Shown: piece by piece, positions 18,326-27,574 of the stretch
Layout: each line of letters opens with the position of its first letter
Numbering within the stretch: the first letter of the stretch is position 1
Virus record (IMG/VR): IMGVR_UViG_3300014204_000177
Location: 5,761 to 69,760 of that record
DNA from: a virus
Lineage: Duplodnaviria; Caudoviricetes
Direction: 5' to 3' (one strand)
Length of the DNA stretch: 64,000 nucleotides
Translations under genes and position numbers: made by a program
The notes under the pieces: generated by a model
What the model saw: the letters and a program-made list of their open reading frames with translations, nothing else
What the model was told of the DNA's origin: nothing
Database searches by the model: none

Positions 18326-19399
18326 ATGACTATTGATAATACTAACAATGGGACAATTCCGCAAGGAGACCCCGTTGTAGAACAACAGATTCCTGTTACC
18401 GAACAGGTTCAGGAGACTGTAGAACATCAGGAAGCAAAACCGGAACTCAGAGAAGTTCCTGAATTCTTGCTGATGAACGGACGCATCGTTATGGGGAATG
18501 AGCTAATCGCTGATAGTACCCCGGAACAACTAGCTGAAATGGGATTCAAAGTTCCTACCCAGACGGAGGGCCAACCGGAAGGACAACAGGAACAAGTAAA
18601 AACAGAACAGCCAGAAGGACCGCAGATGTACACCTCTGACGAAATGCGTGACCTCACCTTCGATAAGCTTGACCCTACCCGCATCCCGCCTGAACTGATG
18701 CCCTTCTACAAATCAATGCAAGCAGGGTTTACCCGTTCAATGCAAGCAAATGCGGAGCAGAAAAAGCAATACGAAGCATTCATTCAGAGTCAACAGCGCC
18801 CCGCACCGCAACCACAAGCCCCGCCTGACCCAATCCAACAGGTTAAATTCAGACATGAACAATTAGCTAAGGATGCAATGGCAGAGTTTGAAAGCATCTA
18901 CGGGGAGTATTTTGACAATGACCCAATACACCGAGTGGCCTTATCTGATATCGTCGCTAACCGAAAGGCAATGGAATATGCTCAACAGAACAAAGTGTAC
19001 GAAGTACAGTCCGTTATGTCTGAGTATGTCAATGACCCCGAATGGTCAAGCATTGACAAATTTGCCGCCGATATGTTACAAAAGATGCCCTTCAATGTTT
19101 CGCAAGCGATTCAGGCTAAGATCGCACAAGGAGATACCAAGGTACTGAACAAGTTTTTGGCGGCAGTTCGCGACGAGTTTCGCAATCTGCAACACCCAAA
19201 ATCTACTCCTGCACCCGCACCCGTAGTACCGATAGTACCTATCCAAGTACGTCCTCAACTGAAGCCGCCCTCTGTGGAAGGTGGAGGCCCATCAATGTTA
19301 CCGGGAGTTAGACCAAAACCAGACTATGCCGCCCTCGGAAAAATGACAATGGACCAACAGGCCCAATGGTTTAGAGACAGAGGTCTCGATAAACAATAA
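18326..19399 (+). CDS. capsid scaffolding protein
   Basis: Acidic, E/Q/P-rich; lies between portal and major capsid gene. Confidence 0.75.
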   Translation: MTIDNTNNGTIPQGDPVVEQQIPVTEQVQETVEHQEAKPELREVPEFLLMNGRIVMGNELIADSTPEQLAEMGFKVPTQTEGQPEGQQEQVKTEQPEGPQMYTSDEMRDLTFDKLDPTRIPPELMPFYKSMQAGFTRSMQANAEQKKQYEAFIQSQQRPAPQPQAPPDPIQQVKFRHEQLAKDAMAEFESIYGEYFDNDPIHRVALSDIVANRKAMEYAQQNKVYEVQSVMSEYVNDPEWSSIDKFAADMLQKMPFNVSQAIQAKIAQGDTKVLNKFLAAVRDEFRNLQHPKSTPAPAPVVPIVPIQVRPQLKPPSVEGGGPSMLPGVRPKPDYAALGKMTMDQQAQWFRDRGLDKQ

Positions 19400-19420
19400 T
19401 TTTTATGGAGGGAATAAACA

Positions 19421-20617
19421 ATGGCTGGAGCTAACAGTTCATATACTTACGAAGCTGAAGGAAACAAGGAAGACGTTTCCGATATTATCGTAAATATCAG
19501 CCCAGACGAAAACTTGCTTATCAACAAGTTTGGCAGAGTCGATGTAACCGCCGTTAAACACGAATGGCTTACTGATGACCTGCGTCCTGCCAAGACGAAC
19601 AAACAGCTTGAAAAAGCTTCGTTCACTTCGCAAGACACCTACGCTCGTCGGCGTATGTCCAACAATGTTCAGCACTTTATGGCTGGATACTTTGTGACGG
19701 ACGCACAGGAAAAGGCCGCCAAATATGGGGTTAAATCGGAAATTTCTTACCAAATGGTAAAAGCTTCCAAAGAGACCGCCAGAGATTTGGAATTCACGGT
19801 TCTCCTGTCAAATGCGGTTACGGATGCCGCTACTGCAACCGAACCTACAATGGGTGGAGTTAAATATTTTAACGAAACCGCATCGTTGCATTCGGCTACA
19901 GTTTCCACTGGTCATGCCACCAATGCTGGTATCTTGACCGTTAGTGCCAATCACTCGTTCCACGTTGGGGAACAGGTTACAGTCTATGTCGCTTCTTCGG
20001 GAGCAACCATTATGACTGGCACCGGGATTACCGACTGCTTCACGGCTTTCATCGGTAACACCAGTTCCAACACCTTTACAGCGGCAGGGACAACCTTCTG
20101 TCTGTATGCAACTCCGCAGGATGCCATGAACGTAACTGGCGCTCTGACTTGGACGGTTTCCGGTTCTACGACTGCGGCTATCTCGGTAACGACTGGTCAC
20201 ATCGTGAAAGCGGACGGTTCGATCACTGAAACCCATGTGAACGACATGATGCAAAAACTGTGGACTCGCGGTGGGAATCCCGATATCGCTCTTATGAGTG
20301 GTAAACGGAAACGCGAAATCTCTGCTTGGACGGCTGGCGTTCAAAAGACCAAAGACATGGAAAATAAGAAACTCAGTTCCATCGTTGATATCTATGAATC
20401 CGACTTCGGCGTTATCGAACTTGTACCTCACCGTCAAGCTCTGAATAGCCGCATCGAATTCTTGGAATTGCAATACTGGAAACTCGGTTATTACATTCCT
20501 TTCCATGTTGAGGACACCCCCCGAAGTGGTACCTTCACGGAGAAATCCATCGTCGGTTCCGTCACTTTGGAAAACAAATGCCCCGTTGCCAACGGCTCAA
20601 TTATCGGCATTTCCTAA
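19421..20617 (+). CDS. major capsid protein (DUF5309-like) with an internal insertion
   Basis: GNKEDVSDII-NISP-E, HEWLTDDL, N-VQ-F, KE-ARDLE, YESDFG motifs. Confidence 0.85.
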   Translation: MAGANSSYTYEAEGNKEDVSDIIVNISPDENLLINKFGRVDVTAVKHEWLTDDLRPAKTNKQLEKASFTSQDTYARRRMSNNVQHFMAGYFVTDAQEKAAKYGVKSEISYQMVKASKETARDLEFTVLLSNAVTDAATATEPTMGGVKYFNETASLHSATVSTGHATNAGILTVSANHSFHVGEQVTVYVASSGATIMTGTGITDCFTAFIGNTSSNTFTAAGTTFCLYATPQDAMNVTGALTWTVSGSTTAAISVTTGHIVKADGSITETHVNDMMQKLWTRGGNPDIALMSGKRKREISAWTAGVQKTKDMENKKLSSIVDIYESDFGVIELVPHRQALNSRIEFLELQYWKLGYYIPFHVEDTPRSGTFTEKSIVGSVTLENKCPVANGSIIGIS

Positions 20618-20671
20618 TCTAAAGGGTTGGGGGTTTTAATTAACCCCCTCCCATATTAAGGAGGATAAACC

Positions 20672-21103
20672 ATGTCAAAAGCAATGTACTATGGTAGCGC
20701 ACAGTCTACCCTTGTACCCAATGCTACGTTTGATGGCGTTCCGGCAATCGCTAATCAATTTGTAAAATGCGATAGCGCATCCGGCTCTTATAACGTACCG
20801 TTGATTGCTCCGGCATCGGGCCAGAAATTGGAAGTAGTTGGCTTTGGAATTTTGTATTCCGCTACTGCGGCTGGAACTCAGTCGGCAACTCTTAACTTGG
20901 TTAAGGGTGTATCGACTGCTGGCTCCACTATCGCCACTCTTGCAATTACTGCCGCGAATACCGGAACTCTCGCTACGGCGGCTGTAACAGCGGCCTATGC
21001 AAAAATCACAGATGCAGATCAAGTACGCCTGATCGTTTCGTCCACCATGTCAGCACATGTGGGCTTTACGGCTCTGGTGTTCTATGGTCTGGGTATAGAG
21101 TAA
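20672..21103 (+). CDS. putative capsid decoration/minor head protein
   Basis: Ala/Thr-rich beta-type protein directly after the major capsid gene, strong RBS. Confidence 0.55.
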   Translation: MSKAMYYGSAQSTLVPNATFDGVPAIANQFVKCDSASGSYNVPLIAPASGQKLEVVGFGILYSATAAGTQSATLNLVKGVSTAGSTIATLAITAANTGTLATAAVTAAYAKITDADQVRLIVSSTMSAHVGFTALVFYGLGIE

Positions 21104-21109
21104 CATATC

Positions 21110-21137
21110 GGGGGCATTAATTTGCCCCCATTTTTTT
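21110..21137 (+). terminator. intrinsic terminator
   Basis: GGGGCA-TTAATT-TGCCCC followed by CA and T7. Confidence 0.65.
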
Positions 21138-21148
21138 GGGAGGGTAGT

Positions 21149-21475
21149 ATGTCTGAAACATTAATTTATGATAGAAACGGAATTAAACAATATATGTACG
21201 AGGAAGGTAATAAAATCTTCTTACGAAATGTTATAGACGAAGGTCCAACACTACAGGCGTTATTCGAAGAACGTAAAGACAATGATACCAACGGGTATAC
21301 CCCCGGACGCAGTTTGCGTAAAATAGGTGGGATACCTGCTTACAAGTTTAGACAAGAACCATTACTACGCGAATATATGATGGCTAAACATGATGACCCA
21401 GTATATGCTTCCAGATGTATTCGTTTATGGATGAAAATAAATCAATTCAATTCAGTTGATAAGGTTGTGATTTAA
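21149..21475 (+). CDS. hypothetical virion protein
   Basis: GGAGGG RBS before ATG 21149 (the ORF track starts it at 21122). Confidence 0.6.
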   Translation: MSETLIYDRNGIKQYMYEEGNKIFLRNVIDEGPTLQALFEERKDNDTNGYTPGRSLRKIGGIPAYKFRQEPLLREYMMAKHDDPVYASRCIRLWMKINQFNSVDKVVI

Positions 21476-23308
21476 ATGCCGTTTATTAATTTTATTCCCG
21501 GTCCCAAAGGTGATACTGGTGAACAAGGCCCCGCTGGACCTCCCGGTGCTGACGGGGTTGCGATAGGCATTCCCGGTGCCGCCGCTACAATCACTGTAGG
21601 AGAAGTCACTGTAAACACAGCATCCATTACCGCCAATGTAACCAATACGGGCGACCAATATTCCGCAGTCCTGACATTCGTAATCCCACTAGGGCCAGCA
21701 GGTCCGCAAGGCCCTGCCGGACAAGATGGAGCAGACGGAACAAATGGAATCGACGGTACTAATGGATTAGACGGCGCTCCCGGAGACACTGGACCCGCTG
21801 GACCACAGGGAGAACAAGGTATTCAAGGTCCTGCTGGTGAAACTAGTGGAATAGTAGGCCCAACCGGACCTCAAGGAGAAACGGGAGCGAAGGGGGATGA
21901 CGGACCCCAAGGACCCCAAGGACCGCAAGGGATACCGGGAACTGCTGGTGCCACTGGACCGCAGGGACCTATTGGAGTTACCCCTACATTTACAATAGGA
22001 ACTGTAACCGAAGGTATAAATGCGGCTGTTACTTTGACTGGAACGCCTCCTGCTTATGTATTAAACTTTGTTATTCCTACGGGTAGTGTTACGCCACCTC
22101 CTTCTGGTGAAATTATTGAAGCAACAGCGTATGCTACAGCAAATGGAGTTACCGATGATACTGCGGCTATTCAGTCGGCATTGAATGCTATCACAACTGA
22201 TGGTGGTACCGTCCATTTTGGCGCACATACATATAGTGTCAATATGGTTACTGGACTTAAACCAAAAAATAATTCCAATGTGAAATTAGACGACAATGCT
22301 ATACTACTGGGTAGAACACAAACAGCCGCCAATGGTGGTATGTTCCAGATTGAACAGAAACAAAATGTTACCATATCTGGGGGAACTATTGACGGTAATC
22401 GTGCTAACTCTCCGTCCGGTGGGGCCAAAATTATGGGTGTCTGGATTGGCGGCGGTTCTGGTATCACCGTTAAAGATATGACTATACAGAATTGCACAGG
22501 TGATGGGGTTTATATTAGTACCATGACCGTAGCCGGAGGTCGTACAACTATCCCAACTAGTATTCTTGTGGATAATGTTATCTGTGATAATAATAAGCGT
22601 CAGGGTTTATCTCTGATTGCAGGTAATAATGTTACCATACAAAGTTCGTCATTTACCAATACAAATGGTGCTTCTCCGGGTGCAGGTATTGATATCGAAC
22701 CAAATACTAGCTCGGATACATTCACTAATATCCTGTTAAAGAATATCACTACATCCGGTAACGACGAAGGAGGTATTATAGCCAACTTTATGTATGGTAT
22801 CAATACTACATCTCCTTTGAGCATCACCATTGATAACCATAGAGATAATTATGGTGGTACAGCGGCAACAGGAAGTCGTAGAGGGATATGTATTCGAGGC
22901 CCACTATCCACAGAGGGTATAACATCAAATAGTTCCCAAGGTACGTTTATAGTTAAAAATTGTTATTGGGAAAGCAACTATATTACGGGTGTTGGTACTA
23001 CTGGACAGATTGGTATAGTTGTAAACTGTGACCGAAGAGGATTCAGTGTATCGTTCGATAATTGCACATGGAAGAATAGTGCGCTTGCCGTTGGTATGAA
23101 AGTCCAAGGTGATGCTGGAATCCAAGTTGGTAATGTCACATTTAACAACTGTAAATCCATATCCTCTAACGGGATTATGACAGCTATGTTCCAAGTCGCG
23201 TCTTCGGTTACTCTAAGTAATTCATATCCTTGTCGTTTCACTGGTTCCACAATGACTGGTTTGACTAACTTGGGTGTAACTAATGGGACAGGTATTATCG
23301 TCAGCTAA
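21476..23308 (+). CDS. collagen-repeat fibre with right-handed beta-helix (pectate-lyase-like depolymerase/tailspike)
   Basis: Long Gly-X-Y runs, then [16 protein letters not shown] and parallel beta-helix repeats ([24 protein letters not shown]). Confidence 0.8.
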   Translation: MPFINFIPGPKGDTGEQGPAGPPGADGVAIGIPGAAATITVGEVTVNTASITANVTNTGDQYSAVLTFVIPLGPAGPQGPAGQDGADGTNGIDGTNGLDGAPGDTGPAGPQGEQGIQGPAGETSGIVGPTGPQGETGAKGDDGPQGPQGPQGIPGTAGATGPQGPIGVTPTFTIGTVTEGINAAVTLTGTPPAYVLNFVIPTGSVTPPPSGEIIEATAYATANGVTDDTAAIQSALNAITTDGGTVHFGAHTYSVNMVTGLKPKNNSNVKLDDNAILLGRTQTAANGGMFQIEQKQNVTISGGTIDGNRANSPSGGAKIMGVWIGGGSGITVKDMTIQNCTGDGVYISTMTVAGGRTTIPTSILVDNVICDNNKRQGLSLIAGNNVTIQSSSFTNTNGASPGAGIDIEPNTSSDTFTNILLKNITTSGNDEGGIIANFMYGINTTSPLSITIDNHRDNYGGTAATGSRRGICIRGPLSTEGITSNSSQGTFIVKNCYWESNYITGVGTTGQIGIVVNCDRRGFSVSFDNCTWKNSALAVGMKVQGDAGIQVGNVTFNNCKSISSNGIMTAMFQVASSVTLSNSYPCRFTGSTMTGLTNLGVTNGTGIIVS

Positions 23309-23366
23309 GGAAAATCTATAACGAATGGAGGGGGCTTCGGCCCCCTTCCTAAAGGAAGGTGACACA

Positions 23367-24185
23367 GTGAGAATAGAATATGTATCCGCAGTTGGAACAT
23401 ATACAGCAACGTTTACCTACCCGATGCACTATGTATATATCGTCAACGATGGTACCGACCCATTGAATCTTAATCTTAACGGCGACAATATTACGTTGGT
23501 CGAAAATAGTGCTTGGTATGGCGATACAGATCAGTTCCTTAGTTTCATAGTCACCGGGACTAGCGAATGGAGAGCAGAAGTCCGTGGGGAGGACCCCCTA
23601 GGAAGTCTGACTGCAAATGAAATTTTTATCGGTGTGAAATATGAACTGGGAGATTTGCCACCTACTAAGGTATCCAGTTACCAGTTTATTGATGCACTGA
23701 ATTTTACCTTGAATATGATCGGGATTGCCCTGTCAAACCTTGACAGTTCTCTTATAATGAAGGAATATCCATTTGATGGAACTACCCTCAATATTACGAC
23801 TGCCGGGGTGACATTGCCTACCGACTTCCTATCCATAGTCTCTGTAACTGATTCCAGCGACGACCCTTGTACGCCCGTAGTGGTAAGTCAAAGGGTATTA
23901 GAGTCTGGTCAATACAAGATCATGGGAAGCAAAATATACGGTGATATAGCCGGAGCCAATATTATCTACAAAGCTAGCATCCTTCAGGTAACTGAGGAAA
24001 CCGATATGGTTTATCTGCCGGATAACTTTGAAGGTCTTCTTCGTAAATATGTCAAGGCAATTATTACCAACAAGATCGATTCTGCTGATGCGGCTGTATT
24101 GCCAATGCTACAGCAGGAAGTATACAACTTGGTTGGTGGACGAGAATACACAGAGATTTATCGCGAACCACCGTTTATGGTTTAA
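23367..24185 (+). CDS. head-tail adaptor-like protein
   Basis: Position after the head genes and ...LPTDFL... segment; likely GTG start 23367 behind AAGGAAGG (the track's ATG 23325 lies in a GGGGGC-TTCG-GCCCCC hairpin). Confidence 0.6.
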   Translation: MRIEYVSAVGTYTATFTYPMHYVYIVNDGTDPLNLNLNGDNITLVENSAWYGDTDQFLSFIVTGTSEWRAEVRGEDPLGSLTANEIFIGVKYELGDLPPTKVSSYQFIDALNFTLNMIGIALSNLDSSLIMKEYPFDGTTLNITTAGVTLPTDFLSIVSVTDSSDDPCTPVVVSQRVLESGQYKIMGSKIYGDIAGANIIYKASILQVTEETDMVYLPDNFEGLLRKYVKAIITNKIDSADAAVLPMLQQEVYNLVGGREYTEIYREPPFMV

Positions 24186-24197
24186 GGAGGGGATTGC

Positions 24198-24677
24198 ATG
24201 TTAGTTTCAGACTTTTTAGTACAGATACGATATAGAATCTCTGACAAGACCGAAGCGGGATATGATAATGATGAATTATGCCGTTATATTAATGATGGTA
24301 TTTTATGGCTATCAGATAAGTTAATGCAAAAAGGCGACCCCGAAATGATTAAACAACTTTCTGTAACAAATACCGCCAATGTCACTATACCCACTGACTT
24401 CTTGGAATTTGCTGGTAAGTTTCCTATTAAGGTCACAACTAATGGAACAGAGTGGCAAAATATTGACCCACATGATGACAACATTACGGTAGAATATTTC
24501 TCTAAGAAAGCACCGATTGTAGATATTAGTAGCACAATTCCATTTAAAGATCGATTTATACCAATCCTGTTGATGTATGTATCAATGTCGGCGCTTAACC
24601 GCAACGAGTTCGACCTAACGCAAGACGCTGGATTATTGAAAGATCATATGAACGGTCTGGGTTTGGGGAGTGAATAA
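24198..24677 (+). CDS. head-tail adaptor-like protein (paralog)
   Basis: IRYRISD...EL-RYINDG...IPTDFL. Confidence 0.65.
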   Translation: MLVSDFLVQIRYRISDKTEAGYDNDELCRYINDGILWLSDKLMQKGDPEMIKQLSVTNTANVTIPTDFLEFAGKFPIKVTTNGTEWQNIDPHDDNITVEYFSKKAPIVDISSTIPFKDRFIPILLMYVSMSALNRNEFDLTQDAGLLKDHMNGLGLGSE

Positions 24678-24679
24678 TA

Positions 24680-26131
24680 TTGAGAATCTCTACTAAACAC
24701 CAAAATATGCAAAACTTGTTTATCGACGACTTCAGTGGTGGATTAAATCTTGCCGCACCGGAAGAAAATATCGCAAATAATGAATTCTCTGAACTGACAA
24801 ATTTTGAGTATAACCCAGTAAATGGTGGATTGAAAACAGCCGATGGGTTATTGAACGTATATACTTCAGCGCAAACTATCGATTCATTATTTTATGATGA
24901 AGTAAACGATAAGTTTGTATATCACAATACGGAACTGAACTATGTGTTTAATACCGACCTAACCGACACAGCCTTTGTCGGTATTTTATCAGGGTTGGAT
25001 GCTCCAATGTATTGTAAATTTGGCGACGAGGTTGCTATAGCAAGTGGCGGCGTTCTCCAAATATACGATGGTACAAGCTTGACCGATGTTGAATATCTGG
25101 ATACGGTATCAGAACTTGGTGGGAATCTTATTGCAACCATTGTTACTGAACGTGCTGGTAGGTTGGTTATCGCTAATAATCAAACTGATATACTGTATTA
25201 TTCAGGAATTGGTGACCCGTACAGTTGGAATTTCGCCGGAGAAACTCAGGATGATGCCAAATGGTTACAGGTCGGTTATAAGGATGGCGGCTATATTGTC
25301 GGTATCGTTCCCCTATCTTCGGACTTACTGGTATTCAAATCTAATGGTAAAGTTTTCCGTGTGATCAATGAGTACCCGGACTGGGTGGTAGTGGAATTGT
25401 CTCGTAACTCAGACTGCGTTAATAAGTTTTCCTGCATTCAGGTTATGAATGATGCCTACTTCCTAGGGCCAGCCGGAGGGCTTAAAGCTGTTTCAACAGT
25501 CCAAGAGTACGGTGCTATGAACCAATGGGATGCCGGATATAAAATTAATCCGGTTTTACTTGGTGAGGTGGACATTAATGCCTCTCTGTATTATATCCCC
25601 CTTCGGAAACAAGTTTGGATAGTGTATAATAATACAGGTTATGTGTATCTATGGAGTACACTCACCAAAGCATTTACCAAAAGGATGATGGTATCAAGAC
25701 CTACGGGAATTGTTAATGATCAAGGATATGTGTATATATCTCGCGATACCAACATTTTTCGTATCAGTCCAGACACTAATAAAGATAATGGTGTTGAGCA
25801 GGTTTGTACGATCAGGCATAAGAAATTCACTTCATTGAATAGCTTTCTCGTCAAGCGTATTGTTATTGGTATGAATAATATTAATTGCAGTACAGATGCT
25901 ACCTATATTATGGGTAGGTTTTCTGTTAAACTGCCTCCGGGCGGTAATGGAGAGGTTGTCAATGAAGATTTGGATATCGTTATCACCGATATAGACCCAA
26001 TTAATACCAATAACTTTATGATCACATCCTGTCGCTTAAACTATCGCGTCGATAAAATCGACGGCAAGATCGTTTCTGATCAGGGGATTCGTACCCCGAT
26101 CTATATTAAATATTTAGTAGTGGAGGTGTAA
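24680..26131 (+). CDS. tail nozzle/stabilisation protein (P22 gp10-like)
   Basis: DFSGGLN start, beta-propeller-like repeats, LYYSGIGDP-SW, DGGYIVGIV. Confidence 0.75.
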   Translation: MRISTKHQNMQNLFIDDFSGGLNLAAPEENIANNEFSELTNFEYNPVNGGLKTADGLLNVYTSAQTIDSLFYDEVNDKFVYHNTELNYVFNTDLTDTAFVGILSGLDAPMYCKFGDEVAIASGGVLQIYDGTSLTDVEYLDTVSELGGNLIATIVTERAGRLVIANNQTDILYYSGIGDPYSWNFAGETQDDAKWLQVGYKDGGYIVGIVPLSSDLLVFKSNGKVFRVINEYPDWVVVELSRNSDCVNKFSCIQVMNDAYFLGPAGGLKAVSTVQEYGAMNQWDAGYKINPVLLGEVDINASLYYIPLRKQVWIVYNNTGYVYLWSTLTKAFTKRMMVSRPTGIVNDQGYVYISRDTNIFRISPDTNKDNGVEQVCTIRHKKFTSLNSFLVKRIVIGMNNINCSTDATYIMGRFSVKLPPGGNGEVVNEDLDIVITDIDPINTNNFMITSCRLNYRVDKIDGKIVSDQGIRTPIYIKYLVVEV

Positions 26132-26132
26132 T

Positions 26133-27158
26133 ATGGCTTATTCAATTCAATACCCTATCGATAAGAATACAGATTTTACTGGCGTAGCTATCGGCTATCT
26201 TATGGATGAATTTGCCTATATTTACAGTCAGTTCAATACTGGTCTTAATCTATTGGGAAGCCCTACAGCGCCCACCGTGGCGGCTGACACCAACTCTACT
26301 CGTATTGCTACAACCGCATTCGTTATGGGGCAAATAGCTACAACTCCTGCGGCGGCTCTCGCTGATGGTGGACCATCAACAGTTGGTACTTCAAACAAAT
26401 TTGCTAGAGCAGACCATACTCATGCCCTGCCTCCCGGTGGTTGTTTCGTTCCTATCGGTGCTATTATTATGTGGGATGGTAATGCCGCTTCTATCGCTTC
26501 TATCCCTTATGGGGTATGGGCAATATGTGACGGTACCAATGGTACTCCCGACCTGCGCGATAGGGTACCCATGGGTACTTACACAGTCGCAGAATTAAAG
26601 GCACAGGTTGGTTCATTTTCCCATACCCACGCCGCCACCACTTCATGCGTCAATAACGCTATTGGTGTTTCGGGTACGGTAAGTGGTACGGTTGGTGGAA
26701 CTACCAGTGCTTCCCAACCCTCAGTATCGGTTACGGTTAATGCTCATACATTGTCTGCCGCAGAGATGCCAGTCCACGGACATAGCGTAGGGGTAAGTGG
26801 GTCTATTGGTAATCATACCCATACGGTTGGTGTTCCTAATGTCTATGGTGGTTTTGAGGGTTCCGCTATGGTACTTTCGGGTCCATTATACACAACCAGT
26901 AACTCAAACTTTAGTACCTCTGCCTCTGGCGCACAAGCCGTGTCAATATCGGTAAGTCAGTCGAATGCTGGTAGTGGAGGCAGTCATGCCCATACTGCTA
27001 GCGGAGCGCAATCCGCACACAGTCATACTTGGAGTGGTAGTTATAGCGCAAACTATGCAAATACGGTTTATTCTAATGTTAGCGCCAATACCAATATCAC
27101 AGCACAAACAGTTGTTCCTCCGGCTACCGGACTATACTTTATTAAGAGAGTAGCGTAA
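26133..27158 (+). CDS. tail fibre with collar domain and HxH repeats
   Basis: GSPTAPT...NSTRIATTAFV, VPIGAIIMW...AICDGTNGTPDLRDR, several HxH motifs. Confidence 0.8.
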   Translation: MAYSIQYPIDKNTDFTGVAIGYLMDEFAYIYSQFNTGLNLLGSPTAPTVAADTNSTRIATTAFVMGQIATTPAAALADGGPSTVGTSNKFARADHTHALPPGGCFVPIGAIIMWDGNAASIASIPYGVWAICDGTNGTPDLRDRVPMGTYTVAELKAQVGSFSHTHAATTSCVNNAIGVSGTVSGTVGGTTSASQPSVSVTVNAHTLSAAEMPVHGHSVGVSGSIGNHTHTVGVPNVYGGFEGSAMVLSGPLYTTSNSNFSTSASGAQAVSISVSQSNAGSGGSHAHTASGAQSAHSHTWSGSYSANYANTVYSNVSANTNITAQTVVPPATGLYFIKRVA

Positions 27159-27160
27159 AC

Positions 27161-27574
27161 ATGAATAAAACTTATGAAGAATACAAACAATACTTTGAAG
27201 AAAAAACCGGAGACAAGTGCATTACCCCGGAAGGGTTCAGTGTATACTATCTCCCGAACCGTGGATTTGCTGAATACGCAATCCATAGCGGGTGGAAAAT
27301 GTTGATGATATGTAACGTCAGTGGTGATGGTAGATTCTGGTATGATGTTGGTAAACTGTTATGCCGACTCCATAATATGAAATACCTAGGTGCCTTGACT
27401 TCTCATAATATCAATGCTTTTGCCAGATTGTTCGGATTCCGTCATCCAAAGATCGACGGTAATCTGGTTACATTTACCAACGAAGCAGGAGAAACCATAG
27501 TTTTTAGACCAGAGTATATTGATGATCAGAAGAAACAGGTCTGGTCAGCAACAGTGGAGGTGTCAAATGTTTAA
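27161..27574 (+). CDS. GNAT-like protein preceding the ejection genes
   Basis: 137 aa; position typical of podovirus acetyltransferase-like genes. Confidence 0.45.
   Translation: MNKTYEEYKQYFEEKTGDKCITPEGFSVYYLPNRGFAEYAIHSGWKMLMICNVSGDGRFWYDVGKLLCRLHNMKYLGALTSHNINAFARLFGFRHPKIDGNLVTFTNEAGETIVFRPEYIDDQKKQVWSATVEVSNV

Noticed and set aside
19808-20506. Long antisense ORFs (also 59538..60236, 35618..36139, 13590..14018)
   Set aside because: Shadows of strongly supported genes on the opposite strand; no motifs or RBS
21476-21990. Repeat region as a diversity-generating retroelement or mobile repeat
   Set aside because: Explained by collagen Gly-X-Y coding; no reverse transcriptase or template/variable repeat pair seen
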